A DNA stretch of 63,957 bases, filler included, from Intoshia linei (Eukaryota; Animalia; Orthonectida), in assembly GCA_001642005.1 (NCBI GenBank). It is 9 parts of 9 records of this genome, joined end to end, with 100 filler letters (N's around TTAATTAATTAA, not from the genome) between each part and the next. Parts side by side here need not be neighbours in the genome. Positions count along the whole stretch, not along the records: positions 28,747 to 53,827 come from LWCA01000507.1; positions 53,928 to 59,055 come from LWCA01001827.1; 7 more parts are not named here. One strand, given 5' to 3'. The translations under genes were made by a program, and so were the position numbers. Shown one piece after another: positions 40,487-58,122 of this stretch (the stretch's first letter is position 1; every line of letters begins with the position of its first letter). The notes beneath the pieces were generated by a model. The model did not search any database. It saw nothing but the letters and a program-made list of their open reading frames with translations, and had not been told where the DNA came from.

Positions 40487-40990
40487 ATGTATACGTCAAA
40501 GTCTGAATTCTCTCTTTTAGTTTCCTGTTTTGTCTCTATCGATCTGAAAATATTAGTTGATATTAAAGACCGGTGATGAATGCAAATTGTTTGAAATCAG
40601 GAGTGGCCACTATTTTTTACTATCCGGTCAAATTACAATAAAATTAATTAATATTAAATTTAAAATTAGTGCAGTCTCATGGGTCAGATGAAAATACTCG
40701 ACGGGCCTTCATAGAAAATTAAAGAATGGAAGAGTATTCATTTAACACTCAAAATAATAAAATGTCACAAAAAAAGTTAAAAAATATAGGTTGATAATAT
40801 ATTAAGTTATTTTTAACCGGGTATGCGTAGATTTCTAAGTTGAAATTTTGTGTTTTTATCAAATGGAATAACTTGTATCATAATAATATTTTTTTAATTG
40901 TACCGTTAATTATTCCAAATTTTTTGTTTTATAATATTAAAATAGTTTAGAAAAAATAAATATTACGGTGATTTTTTGACTGTGAAGGCT

Positions 40991-41230
40991 AAGGTGTCAC
41001 ACCCATCAACGAATCAAGGGCAATGTGCATTAAAAGTGTGTATTTTTAAAATAGAAAAACCAATTCGTAATCAAAAACATTTAACACTATCTATTCGAGT
41101 TGCGTTTTCATTTTAAATATCACATTAAAAATATTATGGATAAATTAAAACTGAACTTTATTTAACGGAAATTGGCGTTTAATCTGTTAAACGTGGTATC
41201 GATTTTATAATATTGTTCTCCATGTTTAGT
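40991..41230 (+). repeat. ~240-nt repeat A (second copy 53085-53326)
   Basis: ggtgtcacacccatcaa.gaatcaa.ggcaat...ataatattgttctccatgtttagt is present at both sites. Confidence 0.85.
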
Positions 41231-41348
41231 ACTAGTCTGAACCTCCTTCGAAAATACAAAAAACTCAATAAAAATTGTTTTTATTAATAAAATAATGTCT
41301 ATTTTAAAATATAAGTATTGATACTTCTTAATCCAGAAATAATATTAT

Positions 41349-44907
<3,559 letters not shown>

Positions 44908-45426
44908 TTTCAATATTTAAAAATAACAAGATTCTTGGTTGAGTCAACACGTGTTTCTAATTTTTATTGATTGACTATGTACCGGTTTTTCTTAAATTAT
45001 GGAAAATTCAAATATTTATATGCAAAATGGAAACATTCATTGAAATTTATTACTAGATAATTACCAATTACATAGTTATATACAATTTCTGAGCAGTTTA
45101 TGAGTAGCTTTAGAGCCAGACGGTGCACCGAGTGCACTATGCTTGTATTCAATGAAATTTCGCATTTGTCAACTAATACTAAGGATGGCAATAGTAACAG
45201 AATTGTTCTTTGTGAAAATTTTACACCATCCTGTTTTGTATTCATTCATTTTACAATTTAACATCTCATTTTTAGAATGCATTCGCATTTTGTTTAGAAT
45301 AAAAATTAAATTTTTAACGTGCAATTAATTAGTAACTAATGCATATAATAATTATGTTATATACAAATTACAATCCTTCATTTACATTAATTTACTGAAA
45401 AATTATTCATTAAATTTATACCGTAA

Positions 45427-45840
45427 ATAGGTTAACTCTTATGTATCAAGTACAAACAGTACCTACCTCTGCCGAGAGCATATTTTTATTATATTTAAAA
45501 AATAAATTCACGTTAAAAATCTAATTCAAAAATCCTACTATTTACTATTATCAATCCTTTAAAAGAGTGATTCCCAAACTTGTTTCAGGTGGAACCGTCA
45601 TATCACATTACTTTTTACTTTAAAGTGAATTATTCCACTTAATTTTTTGTTTGTTAACATTTGTGTAAAGGAATTTTAAAAAAAATTGTTATCCCATTTT
45701 TTAATTTATTGGACAGAATGTGTGTAATATTAAAAATAAAGTAAAAACAGTTAAATCCTAAAAATTGTCATAAATAGCATTAATTCAAAAAAAAAAAATT
45801 ATAAACACCTATTTTGTCATTTTCATTGTGATAATATATA
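45427..45840 (-). mobile_element. Non-autonomous Helitron copy
   Basis: Degenerate 3' terminus at 45427, and an internal part that is the reverse complement of 14580-15060. Confidence 0.7.
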
Positions 45841-48800
45841 TTCAGTACCAATTTAATAAATACTTAAAAATACCAATTGTGTATCAATAATTAATCGAAT
45901 CTTCACTGTATAAAGTTTATTAACATATTTAGTTGAATTTTTCCAAAATTGCAAAGGATTGTAATAAATAATGTATTGAACAAACTTTTTATATTTAAAT
46001 TTTAAATGATACGCAAGTGAATTTTGTTTACTCATGGAACCTGTTTCTTGATTAGTGCATTATTTGTACATTAATTTTTAAGGCGCAGATTTTGTGAATT
46101 GTGTTGCAAAATACGTCAAGTGTGTATTTTTAACACGAAAACACACATTTTGCAATCACTGATGTATACGGTAAGTTACCGTCGGTAACACACCACAGAC
46201 ATTCAATTTTACATAAGTCAAAGATACATTGTTATGGAAATAGATTTAAAATTATAAATAAGTTTCATCAAATTAAAATCTAGATGTCTCTTTTGAATAC
46301 AGAATTAAATGTAATTTTTGTTTATAGATAATATACATAATCTCCTGTTTCTGGTGGTCAGTGCTTCATCATTTATAATCTTAAATCTAATATTAATATA
46401 TAATGAAGAGTGTAGTAATTGTCTGCATCAGGGTAACTTGAAAGGAAGAGACGAACCTATCATATTCGAAACCCCTCCTTTGAGCCTAGACGAAATTTTA
46501 TGTAAATTTTTGCTTCATATTATCTAATTTACTATTTTACGTATTATACCTTGGAATGCAAGGGGCGATGTATTTTGAGATGAATTGTATAATTTGCAAT
46601 AGGAATTGTCAAAGTTATTCATGTGAACTTATGGAATGATACATTGTATTGTATGTATGCTTAATCAAAATATTTGCAAATTCACGAAAAATGTATATTT
46701 AATGCATTACAACTTACTACTTTTTCGCCGATTCATGTGATTTATATATGGCAAACTGAGCCACGACGAAAACACCTTGGTAAATTAAGTAAGATTCACT
46801 TGATAAAGATTTTTTTCATTAATTTACACTCTCACAATCTTTATTTTTTTGGTCATCACGATCGACTTGTACAGTTTTAGTATCTCTTTTGTATTACTCT
46901 AGTTTTTATTTTTTTCTTGTAAAACAACATTTAATTATCATTATACTCAATGTTATTTTTTATTTAGGTTTATTTTGGTGAGGAAAATAATGTTGATAAT
47001 ATCGCGATTGCCATTGAAAAGTAATTATTATTTATACATTGTAGTATTTTCCAAGTTTAAAATGTTTTTGCATGAAAAAATTATTTATTTTCATTTATAA
47101 CATTTTTCTTTTAAATAACCTCATAAGGCTTATTAAATAGATATAAATATTTATTATAGGGGCACAATTAAACATGAAAATTGCATGATGCTATAATATT
47201 AATTTATCCATTGTATTGTTTAGGTACTCAAAAAGTGCAAGCATTGAAAGTGAATTGAGAAAATATATCCTCAATTATGTAATTTAAAAGTTTTGTCATT
47301 TTTTAATGAACAGTTCAAATTAATTTTGGACCATTTATTTACAAAACTGATCGTCGCAATATTTTAAAAACAAAAATCTTATTCAGTTTTTTCCGAACAG
47401 AAAATGGTATAAATTTCTCTATCAAAACACCTACATAAATTTACAAAGTAAAGTATGTAGTTTACTTTTTACCTGGAGGAAAACTAAGAGCCTCTGAATT
47501 TAAAAAATACAGATAAAATACATATTTTGTTGAAATTAATTTCTCCATGCCAGTGGTTGTCAAAAAAATTATTAAAATATTCTGGGCCCTCCAATATCAC
47601 AAAAAACAGAAATGATTTATTTATTTTTATAAATTGAGATCTTCATTTTCGAAATGGAGAAATTACAAAAATTATAATTTCCAATATGATAACCATTTTT
47701 CTCGTAAATATACATTTGTCAAATCCAGGCCAGTGAAGGATTGTTTAGGCCGCTAAATATTAATTTTAAAAAATTAAATGAATTGAAACTCAGGGATCCC
47801 TTGAAACTTTGTGTCCTGGTGAACCTAGATTCCATTTAGTAACCACCGATTTATACAAGTATGTGGTGTTATCAGTCCTTCGATGTATATATACAAAATA
47901 TGATTGACTCTTATATACATTATATTTTAGATGAATAAAAATGAATATAAAAATTTTCCTATCAAAAAATTAATGAAACTTTTTGTTTGTTGTATTAAAA
48001 GAAGTAAGTTTATGTAATTTTGTGATATTAACAATTATTCAGTATTTCTCAACTTGGCCACGTGTATATTACATTAAACATACAGATTACGTTACATTTT
48101 GTGTGAAATGGCCATGTGAATATTTTTAAAATTGTTTACAATTTTTTCAGTTTTACCCAGACCCGTGGAGCATCAAAAGTGGACGGTTCCCTAAGATAAA
48201 GGGTATTTGATGACTGTGCATTTAATATTTATGACATGAAAAATCAACTTTTGAACAAATATCGCCTAAAAAGGTGAATTAGTTAGTTTTCGTGGCATTA
48301 TTAATTGTAAATATTATTTCTTGTTAATTAAATATTTAATTAAATATTTAATTAGAATTCACATTACCTAAAAACTGTATAACGATATTAGCAGATATAT
48401 TTTATATTACACCAATACAATATTGTTCCAATTTATTCAATATCATGACTATTCAATTAAAAAATGACGAAATGAAAGAGGTATTTTATATTTGTATTTA
48501 ACATTATTTTCTTTTAGTTATTAGAAAATTCAAAAATTATAATGTTACGAATGTGCAACAGTATGTTTGATTTACTAATACATAGTTCTGCAACGTTAAG
48601 TACCATATTTACCATGTACTCATAGATACATATCCCTAATTTTTTAAAAGATACGCCCATCAATATGAAATGAAAATATCAATTATTAAATTTCGATTTG
48701 ACACCTCTAAAATAATTCACTACTTAACAAAACAGCTCATATTCAATTAACTGATGTATCACAAACTATTTTACATTTAATACATGTCTTTCGTCTGTTG

Positions 48801-51620
48801 TAGAGCTTATTCTCATTAGTGATTGTGATTTCCCGAAAAATTAAAAATTATTTATTCATATATAATATTTTAAAAATTAATAAGCATTAAACATTTTAGA
48901 GACCTTAATTAATTTTAGAAACAAAAAGAAATTTGATTTGATTACTAGATTGAAATTTACAAATTTAATTAGAAAAAAATTTATTTATTTCAGATTGTTG
49001 AAAAAGTGTTTCAAAACACATAATATTGATAGATTCGTCTTTTAAACGCGTTCTACGTTTTGTAACGAAATTAGAAGCAGTATAGAAATTTTTTTTCATT
49101 TTGTGTTGACGTAAGTTGAACGGTCATAAGGGTTTCCTTTAATTTTGAAAATCTTGATGATAGCGTTCCAATTCGTAACAACTCATAATATTTTTCAAAA
49201 TAATATTGGAAAAAGAGGATAATTCCATCAAGCGTTAGTAATTTGTGGTTGGAATAAGAGATTTTTAAAAAAAGTATTGGAAAAAGGATATTTTTCCATT
49301 AAGGGCTGGAAAAGTAGATTTTTTATTTGTGGTTTGATGAAGTGGATTTTTTTATAAGATTTCGTAAAATCGGATTTTTGAAAAGAATATCGGTGTAAGT
49401 CAATTTTTCCATGATGGCTTGAAATGGTATTTTTGATTAAATTATATTAGTGGTGGGATTTTTGAAATGGTAAATTTTAAATATTATAATATAATCATAT
49501 TTTCATAGTAGTAATAAACATAAATTAAATACAAGTATGTCTCAATTTTTTTCGGGAAATCGTAAATATCAATATTCAATGTTCAATATATTTGAATGAA
49601 ATAAATTTTTCTCTAGATTTACTAAAAAGAATTTCAAAGACAATCGATTCAGAATTCAGTTTTAATGTTCAAAAATACTTATCATCTTTGTTTCCTTTGT
49701 CTGAAAAATCCGGTAATACACAAAAATAATGTCATTATGTAAATTTAAATTTAGGCTTAAATCTTCTGAGTGAAATTAATGATTTGGATTTAGACATCGA
49801 TGCAGTATGTTTCATTTGAATTTTAAACCGTTGATTTATTTTCTTTGAATTTTAAATTAGGAATCTGACTGCAAAATAGCGTCTTTGAAAGAAAAGAATG
49901 TTGTTGATGAAACACCATCGTTTATATTTTATTAATGTTAACGTTTTAAATATATCTAGATGTTTAACTTATGAACTTTATCGTTCATTGTGGGTTCTGC
50001 AAGAATATTGTAGAAATCCATTAAATTGTTATATACCAGAAAAATGGAAGCATTTTCAAGGGGTACCAATTTTTTTGTTAAATTAAATTATTGTTTTGAT
50101 TTTATTTAGTCTTTGGTTCAAGTATTGAGATGTTTAAGAAGTCGGAAATTGATCGACAATTTAACAGCACAAGATTCGATTTGTAAAGAAATAACCAAAA
50201 AAAAATTTTTGAGATATTTAACAAATTCAAAGGTATGTTAAAATTATCAATAATTTAAATTTACATCAGTTCAAGAGATGTGTATTTTTTTCTTAAAATT
50301 TAAATTTTAGCTGACTTGCATACAAATTGAAAACAAACATTTTAGAAAATGTTTGCTGATACAATTACATATTTTGGTCAATTTTATTTTAAGTCATGAA
50401 AATATTAAAAGGTATTAACATAATTTTAAAACTTCACCTAGGAAATCTAGTGCCGAACCTACTGTATCTGAGACCCATTTTGTGGGTTCGCGAAAATTTT
50501 TTTGTAAAATTGGGGCCTACTTTTTCTAAATTGACAATAATTATGTAATCTTGAATATCATAACTATATTGTGTTTAATTTAAAATGTCACGTCGAGAGA
50601 CGTGGAGATTTGGCAAGGGCTAATGGCGCTACGTATCGTTTGCAATTTTTTAGGGTCTATTTTTCATTTTCGGGTGACCTCAAATTGGTAGGTTAGGTTC
50701 TGATTGAATCTTTGTTAAATTTAATATTTTTAAATGTAGGACAAATTTATCAATAAACGAAGAAAATATTAAATGGCTGTGCACTATTGAAAAACTTATT
50801 GTAGAGTTAATGTTGATGATACCTCACATTGATAAAACGTTTGTGGCTTCCATAAAAGTAAAAATTATTTAGATACACCACATTTATAAATATTTAGTTT
50901 CAATGTACACATGACAGAATGTGGGAAAATTGGAAAAATGAAGGATGTGCAAAATTTGCCAAAGAGGACATAACTGATGTATTGGAAGGTTTGAAATGTG
51001 AAAAGTTATTTTAGTTTGATGAATATACATTTTATATATATAGAGAAACTAAAGCGTTTACCTTTTCAGATTATATAGATGAATTAGAAGATGAAACAAA
51101 AAGTAATTTTGACATTTCAAACCTCAGTCATCATTGGATTGTTAAGCAAAATTTTAATCAAAAAATTTCGGAAAAACCGTTTGCTTTTTAAAATATTTTT
51201 TCAATTTTATATAGAGTAAATGTTCCAGCTATAACCAATTATTTCGATAAAGCTGCCAAGGAACTTGAAGATGATTCAATTACTAAAAATAGTCGGTATA
51301 TATTTTTTGCTTTATTACAGTCATTTTACTCTGGTCTTGGTTTTTTATTGCGAAAATTTTCAAATTTTTATGGATAATTTAAAGAGATTGTCAAAGTGAC
51401 TTTCAATTGAAAATATCTTTTAGAATGACTCGAAATGAATTTTATAACTGGATTGCTCTTCGAGTAATTTCAACTAGCAAAGTTAGTATGCTTTTGTCAA
51501 ATAATCCAAACGATCAAAAATTATCACTTCAAGAATATGTTGAAGTAATTATTAAAAAAAGTTTCAACTTGAATAATATTGAAAATAATTCTGATAATGT
51601 TGTTAAAAACACCAAAAATA

Positions 51621-52502
<882 letters not shown>

Positions 52503-54820
52503 TTACTATAGAAGGGATAAATTTTGATTAAAACTCGTACATTATCATCGAAATTCATTATTGACGAGTTAGACTGTATTTTTAACTTAAAAAAATAGGT
52601 ATTAAATTAGAGTGTCCAGATTAAGTGCTAAATGAGTATTTTTCGAAATGTCTCAGAAACAAAAAGAACAATAAAATTTTAATTGAAAGTTCTAACAATT
52701 TGAAATTTAAAATATGAAATGTAAATGTTAATTTTATTGGTATTTATCATTGCAAATTATTTTTTTGCATAATTCACTATGATTTTACAAGGGTTTGTAA
52801 AAATCAATAAACTCTCTTTACAATTATAATTTTTTTTGGCATAATTACAAAATAATTAATTTTTATTAATTAATAAATTTGAAGTGATCCAAATTAAACG
52901 ATATAAAGTGTGTTTGTATAAAATATAAATTTATTAAAACTTCACTTTATTAAAAATGTGAAAAATTACAAGTAAAATATTGACTAAAATTATCTATGGT
53001 ATTTATGAGTACTTATTCCGTACTTATTTTTGACATTTAAAAATAAGTACTTTTGTTAATGTTAATGTAAGTACTTATGGACACTAGGGTGTCACACCCA
53101 TCAAAGAATCAATGGCAATTAGCACTAAAAGTGTGTATTTTTAAAATAAAAAAACTAATTTGCAATCAAAAATATTTAACGCTATCTATTCGAGTTGCGT
53201 TTGTCATTTTAAATATCACTGTATAAATATTATAAAAAAATTTAAACTGAACTTTATTTTAACGGAAATCGGCGTTTGAGCTTTTAAACGTGGTACTGCC
53301 TGTATAATATTGTTCTCCATGTTTAGTTATACAGTTTATTTTTTTGGATTTTATTAACGATTTAATTTCTCGAATTCTGGTTATTTACAATATAATAAAT
53401 TCATTCAAATACAAAACATTCACGATCTTGTTAGTCATGTTTGCAAAAATAAAGTCATGTTTGCAATGAATATGGTCAATACAGAGATTCCATAATATAC
53501 CAAAATTTATTACATATTTTTTGTTAAAATAACTTTTAAGTCATTTTTAAGAAGCAATAGTTAAATTAATCTTTCACAATATATTCGGGAATTTTTTTTT
53601 CATAATAAAATTCTTAATTGCACATTTTTTGATAATTATATTTGAATTTTATTCAATGCATATATGAATTGCATATAATTTAGCAGATATAACCATTTAT
53701 AAGAGTAATTTTATGACAGATTTTAAAGGGAAATTTGAATATTATATCTATTATCTATTACATCTATATCTATATATTATATCTGTTACCAAATTATTGT
53801 GAGGGTTGCCAATATAATTTTAATTTANNNNNNNNNNNNNNNNNNNNNNNNNNNNNNNNNNNNNNNNNNNNTTAATTAATTAANNNNNNNNNNNNNNNNN
53901 NNNNNNNNNNNNNNNNNNNNNNNNNNNCAAAATAGAATTTCATCAATTTAAATTGTTTCATGTGTATTCACAAAATTTTTGTGGCCCGCGACATAATTAT
54001 ACGTGTTCAATGCGGCCCGCATATCAATAAGTTTGCCCACCACTGACCTAGACCCCTCTCAACGGTCCTTGGTATGTGAAAATCGAGTTCAAATAAAAAT
54101 ATTGAAAGATGGAAATTTTTAAATTGATAATAAAATAAATTTCATTTTTTGTATCAGTAGTACCGATTCGGTACTGATTGTAAATTATTACTGTCGATCT
54201 TAAGTGATACAGCTTAGTGATTAACTTTTAATCAAAAATAATCACATGATTCATTAATAAATTTCAAATTAATTTCTTTATGACCAATATGTTACACATA
54301 GTAAGGGCCGTGGAGCGACACCATTTGGTCCTAAGCAGATGGAAATTATAGACTCGTATAAAATTTTTTTAAAAAGGGACATATATACATTGTTTAATCG
54401 ACTGTTTATTGTCTAAAAATTAACAATAACAGTGGAAAATTGCATTGATCATTATAAAATTTCCCAAAATTAGGAAATTTTTCAGCATTACCGATTTACC
54501 ATATTATCTACATTAATTATTATAGTAGGCTTCTCATGATTTTAGTCAGGGTCATGTGGTCCCTTAGCACTTCTCTTATAAAAATATTTGAGGTGCCTAT
54601 TTTTCATTTTCGGATGGACTCGAGCATGGTAGATTCGACTATGATGCATCAATTTGATTGTTAGTTTTTTAAAATTAAAAAAATATAAATGAATTATTAT
54701 AAATATTTTGTGCTCATTTGTGGGAAACGCCATAATGGAATATAATCGTTTTGATTCAATATGAAAAATGTTAACAACTAAATAATCGGATATTTATCCT
54801 TCCTTACTTATATAAAGTAA

Positions 54821-55010
54821 CTAGGTTGACTGTTATGTACTACGTACAAACAGGACCTAGCTCTGCCGAGGGCATATTTTTATTATACCAAAAAAATAAA
54901 TTCAAGTTGCAAATCTATCTTAAAAATCCTACTATTCTCTAGTATCAATCCTTTAAAGGAGTAATTCCCAAATTTGTTTCAGGTGGAACTATCATATAAC
55001 ATTACTTTTT
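54821..55010 (-). mobile_element. Non-autonomous Helitron 3' part
   Basis: a|ctaggttgactgttatgtactacgtacaaacag terminus. Confidence 0.75.
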
Positions 55011-55012
55011 GC

Positions 55013-55600
55013 ATGAATTTGAATTTGAAGAGAAAAAGATTTATAGATAAATGATAAAATAAAATTGATTAAACTGTTTGACGAATATTCAAATCGATCT
55101 CAAAAATATTTAGCCACCAAACACTCAATTTCAGTAGGTTTGATAAATAAGTCGTTAAAAAATCGTGAAGAAATCCTTAATTATAATAATTTAAATTTGA
55201 ATCAGAAGAGAATCAAACAGATTATGTAGTAAAAAAAATAATGACAAATTGATTATCATGAAACTTTTAGAATTTGACGATAGTATTGCACCAAAAATTG
55301 ACTTTAGTTTAAAAATTGACAGACAATTCAGGGTAATTAGGTCTTTTAAATATAGTTCCAAGGTTGTTATTCCGTATTCCATGTTAGGTTTCAATCGGAA
55401 AATAAAATAAATGGAGTCAACTAGATGCAGTGTTACACTTTTGTTCAACTTCAAAATCAGATTACATTACTGAAGTGGGAGCATTTGAAAAGATAATTTT
55501 TTGAAATTATAGAAGATTCGAAGATAGAAGAATGGATGATTCTGACAATAAAAAAATGGTTTTTCTCATTGAACAGCTAAAAATCCTGGTTGGGAAACAC
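55013..55600 (+). pseudogene. Transposase remnants: Tigger/pogo CENP-B-type HTH followed by a possible P/THAP9-like fragment and a hAT TIR
   Basis: KRKDL*INDKIKLIKLFD..SQKYLATKHSISVGLINKSLKNREEIL is psq/CENP-B HTH-like. WSQLDAVL and MVFLIEQLKIL follow, and the region ends ggttgggaaacactg. Confidence 0.5.
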
Positions 55601-56605
55601 TGATCTATGATAATGGCTTTTTTCTTTTGTTTCGGATGACATGACAAAAACAAAATGTTTGCGTAGGTTAGGAAATTGTTTCATGAAAGGGTTATTATCA
55701 GTAAAAACTAGTTACCAAAAAGTTTTAAAAACAACAGAAAGAAGAAAAAGAAAATTTAGCAATTGAGTGGTGGTAATTACGATGAAAAAAAATTTTCCAA
55801 TATATATAATCAAGAAAAAAGAATGAAAATTCAACTATTTGATGTTATTTTATTTTTCATTGTTTTTGTATATTTTATTTTGTGAAATGAAATCAAAATT
55901 TATGATAACTATTCATTTAAACTGAAAATATCAAGTTTTTTCCAATTTGATTGATTAATAATCAATCTAATATCCTAAAATTATTTTTTTGTCAAGTCTT
56001 TCACTTGCCTAATAATCTTAGAGACAAAAAAAATCCCGCCTACAATCTTTTTTACTAGAATGTCTCGTATTCTGTCCTGGTTTAAGCTATCCTTGCCCTA
56101 GTATGCATTGTATACTATACAAGCGCTAAGATAATTTTAAAGTCAAAGATTTATTGTATTAAAAACTGCCTATTAAAAAAGTCCAAAGTAGAAATCTCGA
56201 GACTTTGTAAACATCCCACAGTAAATACATACGAATTAAGATCCTATGTTTGCATAATAAATAATTCTAATGTTACCAATGAGACTGCCGTTGTTCAAAA
56301 GAATCTAGGAGATATAATTTGCAGTATAAAAAAGTTGAAAACATTATTTACATTTGAGAGCGTGTTTATATTTGGAAAAGTTTTACAGCAATCATATAAG
56401 GTATTTCTTTAGATTATAAACGGACAACAGTTCAGTCGTATCTAAACCATAATATCCGATAAAATGTTATCGAGATGTATGTTTTAGGGCTGGTATATAA
56501 CGTTGTATTTACCTTTAATGTAAACCAATAATATCAGAGTTTTAGTAAAAATTGCAATAAATTACGTTTTAACCTTGAATTTCTTATATTCATCAAAAAT
56601 CAAAA

Positions 56606-58122
56606 ATGAACCACAGTAACATTGTCACGTCCATCAAGGAAAAGATGAATCAGTTTAGAATATCTAACGCTGCTTTATCCGACGAGATTAGTGCTCTCAA
56701 GCAAACACTTTCAGAAAATTCTATAAAAATCGAAGAAGTTTGTTTTAAAATTATATATAATTTTCAGCGTTCTACCTGCTTTTGAATATACAAGTATTTT
56801 ATTATACATTTACATTCTGAAGGGTATTTAGAACTAGGATTTTAAAGCAATTTGAAATTTTATAATTGTATTTGTCTAATGTAAATGTTTACATTATTTA
56901 GTATGAAAACAAAGTAGCTACGTTGACCCGTAAAGTTGCTCAATTGGAAGATGAAAATGAGAAATTGGAATTAAATTTTGCTAGTCAAACAGAAAAATTA
57001 AACACTAGTATTCAAATGGCTGATGATAGTGAAAGGTTTTTTTAATTACATCCTGCATGATGCATGAACATTTAGATTAAAAGCGGCCTTATCCCAGCAA
57101 TATAATGCTGAACTTGACGTTAAAGATAAAATTTCTTGTAACGTAAAAAGTTTGGAAGATAAATTGACTGAATTTGAGAATAAATATCGTGAGGTTATTA
57201 TGGATCCTTAAATGTTACGAAAATTACCATACATGTGAAAAAAATTTCTACCCTTGGTGTTTAGTATTTTAAACGTAAACATTTTAGAACACGAAAAGTA
57301 CTTGAAAACCGCACAAGTGCTGATGAAGAGCGAATTGAAAAATTGGAAAAAGAACTGCAAACCTACATGGATAAGAGTTCTGACGCCGATAGAAGTTATG
57401 AAGAGGTTAGGTCGTTTAACATTTGTAGAGATTGAAATTATTTAGACTGCACAAAAATTAGCTATCACTGAAACGGATTTAGAAAAGTCTGAAGGTCGAC
57501 TAGAAAATTTAGAACTGTATTTTACTTAGTTATTATAGGTTTATGAGTTTATGCGGTTATCTTAAAATTACTTACACTGTGGGGTTTATTTATTTGTTAT
57601 TATTTATCGTGTATGGTTTTTTCGAGCATTCAATTGCATGTAATAGTATAATAATATTATCTACTAATAGCTTTCTCAACGATCGGTTCTATTGGAAAGC
57701 ACTACCTCAAAATTAGAAGAAGAAAACCAAAATTTGAACGAGTATGCATGATTTTACTAATATTATTAACCCTTTTTATTATTTTACTAATAGAAAAATT
57801 ACTCAGAAAGATTATGAACTTACTCAAATAACACTTCAAATTAAATCCGAACAACACAACTTGGGCCAGGTTTTAATTTTTATAAACTCATAAACTTGGT
57901 CAAACATTTTACATTTTGTTTTAAGCAAAATTACTGGGTTAGAGGAGGAACTTAGTGTTGTAGGCAACAATATGAAATCTTTAGAAATTAGCGAACAAGA
58001 GGTTAATTGCATGATAATATGCATGGTTTTTTCTTTTATTTTTTCTATTCTGCTTTTAGGCTTCTCAGAGAGAAGATGCACATAAGGAATCTATTCGAGA
58101 ATTGTCTGATAAATTTAAAGAA
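56606..58122 (+). CDS. Tpm: Tropomyosin, short (exon-1b type) isoform, 3' exons not visible; canonical path 56606-56737, 56902-57035, 57288-57405, 57446-57516, 57926-58001, 58060-58122
   Basis: ADDSER|TRKVLENRTSADEERIE, KLAITETDLEKSEGR, KITGLEEELSVVGNNMKSLEISEQE|ASQRED. Exon sizes of 132/134/118/71/76/63 nt are the conserved tropomyosin exon sizes. Confidence 0.93.
57076..57869 (+). CDS. Alternative tropomyosin exons 57076-57193 (118 nt), 57671-57741 (71 nt), 57794-57869 (76 nt)
   Basis: Each is open, AG/GT flanked, and has the same length and phase as the neighbouring canonical exon. Translations are coiled-coil-like. Confidence 0.8.
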
